NCBI GenBank assembly: GCA_038850285.1
Contig: JAWCMA010000005.1
Location: 1-54,805 of the forward strand
Reading direction: 5' to 3'
From: Methanocellales archaeon
Lineage (GTDB): Archaea > Halobacteriota > JAWCLZ01
Length of the DNA: 54,805 nt
Positions within the stretch are counted from its first letter, which is position 1. Each line of letters starts with the position of its first letter. The position numbers and the translations under genes were made by a program. The notes under the pieces were generated by a model. The model was not told where the DNA came from. It did no database searches and was given only the letters and a program-made list of their open reading frames with translations. Positions 48,681 to 54,805 of the stretch are shown here, in pieces.

Positions 48681-49090
48681 TATTCTCTCAACCGCTTCAC
48701 CATTTTCACAGCTGATTCCACTGCTCGCTTTGCATAGTCTATTCTCTCATGCGCCTCCATTCTACTCATCCCAGGGCCAGAGATTCCTAGGGCAACAGGT
48801 TTGTCGTATTCCACTGATAGATCTATTATCTTTCTAGCAGCATGCTGCATTATAACTTCATCATGTTCAGTGGCGCCCTCTATTACGCAGCCAATGGTGA
48901 CGACGGCATCTATATTCTTATCCTTAAGCAGTTTTTTAATGGCAAGCGGCATGTCATATACCCCTGGCACCATTATTGTTCTCTCCACATTTGCACCTAA
49001 AAAACTTGCATGCTCTCTACCCACGATTTCCATTTGATAGGTTAAATCTCGATTGAACTCCGAGACCACGAAACCTAGATTTATCTTCAT
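48680..49090 (-). CDS. ribH: 6,7-dimethyl-8-ribityllumazine synthase
   Basis: VVSEFN, VPGVYDMP, GCVIEGATEHD. Confidence 0.94.
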   Translation of the reverse strand: MKINLGFVVSEFNRDLTYQMEIVGREHASFLGANVERTIMVPGVYDMPLAIKKLLKDKNIDAVVTIGCVIEGATEHDEVIMQHAARKIIDLSVEYDKPVALGISGPGMSRMEAHERIDYAKRAVESAVKMVKRLRE

Positions 49091-49101
49091 ATTCTCCTCT
49101 C

Positions 49102-49563
<462 letters not shown>

Positions 49564-50706
49564 TCAAGTCTCCTTTAAAACGCGCTGCGCTACTTCTACT
49601 CCGCGTCCAAATTCAGCTATTGCATTGAATTCCCTTAAAGTTAGCTCCACTGCTTGCACCGCGGTTAAAATCTCTTTAGAGGTGAAGTTGCCCATGCTGC
49701 CTATTCTAAATATTCTACCGCTTAATTGCTCTTGCCCCCCTGCAATTATAACTCCCTTCTTTCTAACAGCTGCTCTGAAATCTTTATCACTCACTCCCCT
49801 CGGGAGCTTTATGGCTGTTACAGTATTTGAATAGCTGCTTATGGCATTTAATTTGGGGAATAACTCCAAGCCCATTGCAACTGCGGCTTCTCGCAGTGCT
49901 TTAGCAGCTTGTCTATGGCGCTTTATCCGCTGCTCCAGTCCCTCTTCTTTTATAACCCTGCAAGCCTCTTGCAAGGCGAAGAAAAGCGGTAGTGCAGGGG
50001 TATAGGGTGTTTGAGATTTAGCGCGGGATTTCTTATATGCTCTTAAATCTAAGTAATATCTCCTAGGCTTTTCATTTATCACACTCCACGCTTTCTCGCT
50101 CACTGATACCATCGCTAAACCAGGTGGCATTCCTAAGCATTTTTGAGAACCGCAAATTGCTATATCCACTCCCCATTCGTCGACGCATACATCATCTCCC
50201 CCAATCGAGGTAATGCCATCCATTATGAAGAGAGCGCCGTGCTTTCTAGCTAGTTTAGCTATTTCCCTCGCTGGATTTAAAATACCTGTGGAGGTTTCAT
50301 TGTGGACTAAAGTTACCGCTGTTGCTCCACCTTCAAGAGCTTGCTCCACTCTCTCCAGCTCTATGGAGCTGCCCCATTCAAATTCAACGCTTGCAGTTTT
50401 TCCATATCTCTCTCCTATTTCTTTGAAGCGCTCTCCAAATTTTCCATTCACCACGCATATTAGTTTATCATTTCTATCTATAACATTGCATATCGCTGTT
50501 TCCATCCCAGCGGTGCCTGAACCGCTTATTATAAAAATATCATTCTTGGTTTTAAATACCTCTTTCAAAACCTCTTCGCACTCAGCTAGTATTGAAGCGA
50601 ATTCTGCTAGGCGATGATGTATCATTGGCTTGGACATAGCTCTGAGAATCCTAGGAAGCACAGGCACTGGCCCTGGGATCATGAGCAGCTCATTTTCATA
50701 ATTCAT
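49564..50706 (-). CDS. Class V aminotransferase (serine-pyruvate / alanine-glyoxylate type)
   Basis: MIPGP, GSGT, HNETSTG, DGITS, GSQKCL, FRIGSMG. Confidence 0.92.
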   Translation of the reverse strand: MNYENELLMIPGPVPVLPRILRAMSKPMIHHRLAEFASILAECEEVLKEVFKTKNDIFIISGSGTAGMETAICNVIDRNDKLICVVNGKFGERFKEIGERYGKTASVEFEWGSSIELERVEQALEGGATAVTLVHNETSTGILNPAREIAKLARKHGALFIMDGITSIGGDDVCVDEWGVDIAICGSQKCLGMPPGLAMVSVSEKAWSVINEKPRRYYLDLRAYKKSRAKSQTPYTPALPLFFALQEACRVIKEEGLEQRIKRHRQAAKALREAAVAMGLELFPKLNAISSYSNTVTAIKLPRGVSDKDFRAAVRKKGVIIAGGQEQLSGRIFRIGSMGNFTSKEILTAVQAVELTLREFNAIAEFGRGVEVAQRVLKET

Positions 50707-50746
50707 AAATGTGTGCCCTCCCTTTTAGGTATAGCGAGCTTTATTT

Positions 50747-51346
50747 TTATTTAAAGCCTTCTTTTTTGATGCTGAAGATCGTTGGATCTCTTGCGATTAA
50801 ATCCTTAATGGTTTCAACACTTAGTTTCAATTCCCTTGAAATTTCTATAATTGCTTTTCCATTGAATTCCAGAAATTTAGTGGCGAGAAATCTATCAGCT
50901 CCATAAACTCTTCTTAAATGAAGTATTAAGTCCAAGCGACTTGGATAGCTTGAGGTATTCACAGCTAAAATTTCCCTCCCACTCTCTGCTTTCTCAAACT
51001 CTAGCTTTGGTTTTTCAATTTCCACTTTTTCCTCCCCCTCTTTTCCCTTTATTGCTTTAATATTTCTCTTCACCAAGGAATGTATCAACAATGGATTTGC
51101 CGCTGTGGATATAAGAATTACAAGTAGCTTGCCTTTTAAATTGTATATCAAAATCTTGCCTAATTCGCTCTCATGAATGAGATATTCAAATGAGGTGTTT
51201 TTATATGTTAGATTTATAGTTTGAAAAAGCCTTTGAGCTACTTCCAAGCTTAATTCGAGAGAGCTGCTTGCTATCTTGCCATTTTCAATTATAAATGAAC
51301 CAATTACCCCTTGCTTGCTCTGCAGTTCTTTTAATAGAGCCTCCAT
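50747..51346 (-). CDS. Roadblock/LC7-like domain protein with C-terminal helical/HTH extension
   Basis: LKELQSKQGVIGSFII..GKIASS, GKILIY, LLVILIS..ANP roadblock pattern; C-terminal IIEISRELKLSVETI is HTH-like. Confidence 0.6.
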   Translation of the reverse strand: MEALLKELQSKQGVIGSFIIENGKIASSSLELSLEVAQRLFQTINLTYKNTSFEYLIHESELGKILIYNLKGKLLVILISTAANPLLIHSLVKRNIKAIKGKEGEEKVEIEKPKLEFEKAESGREILAVNTSSYPSRLDLILHLRRVYGADRFLATKFLEFNGKAIIEISRELKLSVETIKDLIARDPTIFSIKKEGFK

Positions 51347-51397
51347 TGCTTACTATTATACCTTAAGCATTGTTTAAGCTTTTCCGCTCATTTAAAT

Positions 51398-52495
51398 TCA
51401 AGGCAGGAAGCGCTTTTGCTCTATTTTATTGGGGAGATAAACATTTGCAGTGAATTCAATGGATTTAGCAACAAGTGCATCTTGCTCTATTTTATAGCCT
51501 CCTGCTTTTAAGTCCCTGAGTTCTTTCTGCCATTCCTTAGTGGAGAACCACTTATAATTGGAAAGTTCTTCGATTCGAGCATAATCTTCAGCATCAAGCT
51601 TTATGAGCGAGCTAGGTGGGAAGTCGTATTCCACGCGGTCGCTAGTTGTAAGCCCTAAAAACTTTGCATTGGGACAAGCTGCTTTTTCTGAGAAATAAGC
51701 AAGGGTAATTGAGCCTTGCTTGTAAACTGAGTATATATAATAGCCCCATGGATCCATATCGGTGAATATATAAATGGGGAGTTTAAACTCGCTTTCAAAG
51801 CGCTTTAGAAGGCGGCGCTCAGCTCTCGCTGGCTGTCCTTTGCCTGTTAATAGCAAGCAATTGTGCTTTTTCCAGTATTTCTGTTGATTCAAGAGATTCC
51901 AAACTGCATATTTCTCAACCACTAGTATATAATCCGCGCTGCATTCCTTTATATTAAAAAAGTCTTTCTCAACTATTGGTGGAATTGCCCCTCCAGCTGA
52001 GCCCATTTTGCTAAAATCCAATATATCCCCAGTTTTATCCTCCACCATTAGTGGTCCAGCGAGTACGCCTTTTGGGGTTGCGATCAATCTCAATTGCTCT
52101 CGGAGGGAATTGGTTAATACTTCTATGTCTTCTATAATTGGATCGGATTCCTCTTGGGTTTCAAAGGTATTCTCCCCTGTGCCTTTGATCTCATGTTTGA
52201 GCATGTAAAATAGCTGCCTTATATCCAAGGGGGGTTTATCTTCATCAAGCAGCCATTTTATTTGCTTTGCCACAAGCAATGTTTGCAGGAACTTCTTAGC
52301 TTGAGCTATGTTGAAGTAATATCGCCTTTGAGTATTACTTCCGAGTTTTATCACGCCTGCTTTTTCATCATAGTAAACATTATCGAGAGACCTAACTAGG
52401 ATTTCAAGCGAGGGATTTTTTCCTAGGTCTATATCCTCAAGTACTTTTTGTCCTATGTTTTGAAGATTCTTAGCTATTACTTCTACTTTATTCAT
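51398..52495 (-). CDS. top6A: DNA topoisomerase VI subunit A
   Basis: RQLFY catalytic Tyr, VVEK, GKGQP, DMDPWG, EQDAL. Confidence 0.95.
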   Translation of the reverse strand: MNKVEVIAKNLQNIGQKVLEDIDLGKNPSLEILVRSLDNVYYDEKAGVIKLGSNTQRRYYFNIAQAKKFLQTLLVAKQIKWLLDEDKPPLDIRQLFYMLKHEIKGTGENTFETQEESDPIIEDIEVLTNSLREQLRLIATPKGVLAGPLMVEDKTGDILDFSKMGSAGGAIPPIVEKDFFNIKECSADYILVVEKYAVWNLLNQQKYWKKHNCLLLTGKGQPARAERRLLKRFESEFKLPIYIFTDMDPWGYYIYSVYKQGSITLAYFSEKAACPNAKFLGLTTSDRVEYDFPPSSLIKLDAEDYARIEELSNYKWFSTKEWQKELRDLKAGGYKIEQDALVAKSIEFTANVYLPNKIEQKRFLP

Positions 52496-54081
52496 TCTTC
52501 ACTCTCCAAGCTGCCAATTCGCTTGTCTAGAATCTGCAGCAGCTGTTTCTCTATATCCTTAGCAGGTCTGGAGGTTAAGCCTTGAAGGGCATCGGCAAGT
52601 AGAGGGGTATAGGCTAGAAAGATATTCTTCTTTTTACTTGCCTCAATCATTCGCCGCTTCTTAGCTAAAAAGCCGCTGAGCTTCCTTGCTAGTTCGCGAA
52701 GCGCGAGTTCAACTTCTTCCATAATTTCAGGTATACTTGCTATTGCATCTTTTGACTCCGAGGTAAATGGCACTTTTGTGGAAGCTATGTGAATCAAAAT
52801 CACGAATGGCCCTGATGGCAGGCTTGAGTTATTCGCTTGCTCTATACCATAGTATTTCCAGTTTATCTTTTCAATCGCTTGTGTTATTGCACAAGCCCCT
52901 TGCTGATAGAGTAATGGCACGCGATTGGCAAAGCGCAAAATCTCAATGCGCTCAGCATTGTTGATATCCCCTCCATATGCCAGTCCTGCTTCTGCAATGA
53001 AAGGATTGCCAGCATATACTCTCGCAGCTCGAGTAGTTGTAGCTATGAAATCTGGTTTAAATTCTCTCTCAAGGCTTCTGTAAATCAATTGCTCGGTAAT
53101 TGGAGAGAGGCAGTCTAAACTTGGAGCATTGATTTTAACGTTTTTAAAAGCCATTAAAAGCCTTTTGGCCTCTTCAAGTGTTACTTCCCAAGGCGGTTTA
53201 TTTATATCTAGCTTTGCTTCTCTGCAGATATTACGAGCTGTATGCTGTCCTATGCTTTGGAATTCGTTGATTAAAAAAGTGCCCAGCTTTCTATTATTAG
53301 AGCGCTGCAGCATCTTCATCAACATGCCAATATCGATACCGCGGGGATGGGGCTTTACCTCGATGGATTGCTTGGGAAGTTCATGGGTTAATCTTTCATA
53401 TAGGATTTCAGTGCCATTTGGCTCAATCAAGCGAATTCTAGCGTGGGGATTCACTATAGAGGTTGCCTTTAGATATTCCTGCACCGATTTCTTGCCCCTT
53501 ACATATGTGCCCTCTATTTCCAGTTCAATTCTAGTGCCAGTTTGATACCATTCAATGGTTTTTTCAACTACAATTTCAGGTTCATTTGTTTGAGTATTGA
53601 TGAAGAGCTCGAAATAATAAGCAGGTTCATTACTTGCGATTTTAGAAATTATCTTAACTGGTTTGCCTGAGGTAATTTGAGCATAAAGCACTGCAGCGCT
53701 AATACCAAGTCCCTGCTGCCCCCGGCTTTGTTTCAAAGTGTGAAAGCGACTTCCATATAATAGCTTGCCGAAAACCATTGGAAGTTGAGATCTAATTATT
53801 CCAGGGCCGTTGTCCTCGACTGCTATTTTATAATTCTTCTCATCAATCTTCTTAATCTCAACCCAGATATCTGGTAAAATACCTGCTTCTTCGCAAGCAT
53901 CAAGGCTATTGTCAACTGCTTCTTTAACACAGGTAATAAGGCTCCTTATTGGTGATTCAAAGCCCAAGATATGGCGATTCTTCTCAAAAAACTCAGCCAC
54001 GCTTATTGAGCGCTGTTTCTTCGCTAGCTCTGCAGCAATTGGGATATCTTTTACCGCTGAATTTGCAATAGCCAATTCCAT
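52492..54081 (-). CDS. top6B: DNA topoisomerase VI subunit B
   Basis: [36 protein letters not shown]. Confidence 0.96.
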   Translation of the reverse strand: MELAIANSAVKDIPIAAELAKKQRSISVAEFFEKNRHILGFESPIRSLITCVKEAVDNSLDACEEAGILPDIWVEIKKIDEKNYKIAVEDNGPGIIRSQLPMVFGKLLYGSRFHTLKQSRGQQGLGISAAVLYAQITSGKPVKIISKIASNEPAYYFELFINTQTNEPEIVVEKTIEWYQTGTRIELEIEGTYVRGKKSVQEYLKATSIVNPHARIRLIEPNGTEILYERLTHELPKQSIEVKPHPRGIDIGMLMKMLQRSNNRKLGTFLINEFQSIGQHTARNICREAKLDINKPPWEVTLEEAKRLLMAFKNVKINAPSLDCLSPITEQLIYRSLEREFKPDFIATTTRAARVYAGNPFIAEAGLAYGGDINNAERIEILRFANRVPLLYQQGACAITQAIEKINWKYYGIEQANNSSLPSGPFVILIHIASTKVPFTSESKDAIASIPEIMEEVELALRELARKLSGFLAKKRRMIEASKKKNIFLAYTPLLADALQGLTSRPAKDIEKQLLQILDKRIGSLESEE

Positions 54082-54148
54082 CCCCTGTTATATAATTGGA
54101 ATCGTGAGAAATAAAACTTGCGTTTAAAATAGGGAATAGGAATTTAAA

Positions 54149-54391
54149 TTACATCTCTGCTCCCACGATTGTCTGCGTGGATGTCACGCCTTCGATTTCT
54201 CGAATTTTATCCACTATTTTATTTAGCGTGCTTAATCCCTCGACATCTATAATTGTAACGAAGTCGTATTCACCGAATACGTGAAATACATCTTTAACTC
54301 CCTCTATTTTTATAAGCTGCTTGTACACTGCTTTTTCCTCTCCTGGCACTACGTTTACCATTGTGACTCCTATTACCATATTTCTCACCAT
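54149..54391 (-). CDS. Stand-alone Lrp/AsnC ligand-binding (RAM) domain protein
   Basis: [19 protein letters not shown]. Confidence 0.85.
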   Translation of the reverse strand: MVRNMVIGVTMVNVVPGEEKAVYKQLIKIEGVKDVFHVFGEYDFVTIIDVEGLSTLNKIVDKIREIEGVTSTQTIVGAEM

Positions 54392-54507
54392 TTATAAATT
54401 GCCCTCACCCTTTTTAATGCTTTCCCCTTTTTAGTTTAATTCTAAAAATCCTAAAAACAATAGATTAAAATAGCTAATTTTGAAATAGCATTAATAGGCA
54501 AGATAAA

Positions 54508-54805
54508 ATGGTTTATAGAACTCTTGGCAAGATAATGACTTCTTTTGTGCTCAGTGCAATTGCTACGCTTCTATTCATAATAGTTGTTGGACTCATTATT
54601 CCCTCTGAAGTTCCACCCCAGTCTATAGATGCTGTGCTTTTTACTCATTTTTTAACCGTAGGTGGCTTTACCGTGAGCGTGCTTATGTTTGGAAGATGTT
54701 TATTTGCCACTGTGATGAAAACTGGCTTGGGAGACTGGAGAATGCTATCCTATGGCACTTATTTGCTTTTCATCTTCGGCTGCGCTAATATTGCTGAGCA
54801 CTTCT
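54508..54805 (+). CDS. Membrane protein, partial (runs off the window)
   Basis: Open frame MVYRTLGKIMTSFVLSAIATLLFIIVVGLII... with about 3 hydrophobic segments and no stop. Confidence 0.55.
   Translation, partial: MVYRTLGKIMTSFVLSAIATLLFIIVVGLIIPSEVPPQSIDAVLFTHFLTVGGFTVSVLMFGRCLFATVMKTGLGDWRMLSYGTYLLFIFGCANIAEHF

Overview
Archaeal chromosomal segment, most consistent with a Halobacteriota-type euryarchaeote (HMf-type histone, Cdc6/Orc1, thermosome, Topo VI, archaeal RibC, pantoate kinase, BHB-intron tRNA). It is mostly housekeeping: a branched-chain amino acid ABC transporter, FEN-1, CoA and riboflavin synthesis, a probable replication origin next to cdc6, thermosome-grpE-dnaK-dnaJ, ilvC/argG/ilvE, cysS, and three tRNAs (Val-TAC, Ser-CGA, intron-containing Thr-TGT). 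The standout is an apparent bacterial-type queuosine pathway in an archaeon: queD-DUF366-queC...queE plus a preQ1-type tgt and queA. No queF, queG or queH lies in the window. Instead, a lone 2-hydroxyacyl-CoA-dehydratase-like Fe-S subunit and its ATP-dependent activator sit head-to-head with queA, and they are candidates for one of the missing reductive steps. Other oddities: a chain of five ATGA-coupled tetrapeptide ORFs before queC, a tRNA whose first base is the last base of the histone stop codon, an unannotated three-way-junction RNA upstream of ilvE, two genes that appear to need ATA/ATT starts, an IS200-truncated radical SAM gene, an integrase-like remnant at tRNA-Thr, and frequent short tandem duplications at gene ends. 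All calls come from motif recognition by eye; no database searches were run.
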